Source: Octopus bimaculoides (taxonomy: Eukaryota). From it: 64,000 nucleotides of DNA. The stretch spans positions 61,559,413-61,623,412 of the forward strand of contig NC_068983.1 of assembly GCF_001194135.2 (NCBI RefSeq). The letters run 5' to 3'. This document shows positions 63,946 to 64,000 of the stretch, in pieces. Under the pieces are notes generated by a model. It ran no database searches. It was not told the DNA's origin and was given only the letters and a program-made list of their open reading frames with translations. The translations under genes and the position numbers were made by a program. Positions within the stretch are counted from its first letter, which is position 1. Each line of letters begins with the position of its first letter.

Positions 63946-64000
<55 letters not shown>
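63560..64000. repeat. Trinucleotide low-complexity tract and terminal (GT)n
   Basis: (GAT)/(GGT)/(GTA) mixture at 63560-63830; (GT)n at 63949-64000. Confidence 0.9.

Overview
AT-rich, microsatellite-saturated animal genomic DNA with more than a dozen N-gaps. It is most likely from an octopus. This is an inference from SINE families that resemble the Octopus OK/OR1/OR2 SINEs as I recall them; no database search was run. No host protein-coding gene could be confidently identified, and almost all ORFs in the track are microsatellite translations or decayed transposon fragments. The window holds fragments of RTE LINEs, two families of R4/Dong-type restriction-like-endonuclease LINEs, L1/Tx1 remnants, three Penelope-like (PLE) fragments, a Tc1 and a Buster/SPIN-type hAT transposase, mariner- and piggyBac-type MITEs and many tRNA-derived SINEs. 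Main leads: (1) a tRNA-headed SINE carrying a minimal, dimer-type hammerhead ribozyme module (44637-44913, partial copy at 50531-50660); (2) R4/Dong-like LINE families whose truncation junctions sit in different microsatellites, (TAA)n versus (TACA)n; (3) a PLE GIY-YIG fragment placed directly upstream of a Naiad-type RT that lacks its own endonuclease; (4) a step in CpG retention near 35 kb, supported by paired TE copies; (5) a near-adjacent inverted SINE pair, a predicted ADAR substrate. Repeat boundaries were read by eye and are approximate.
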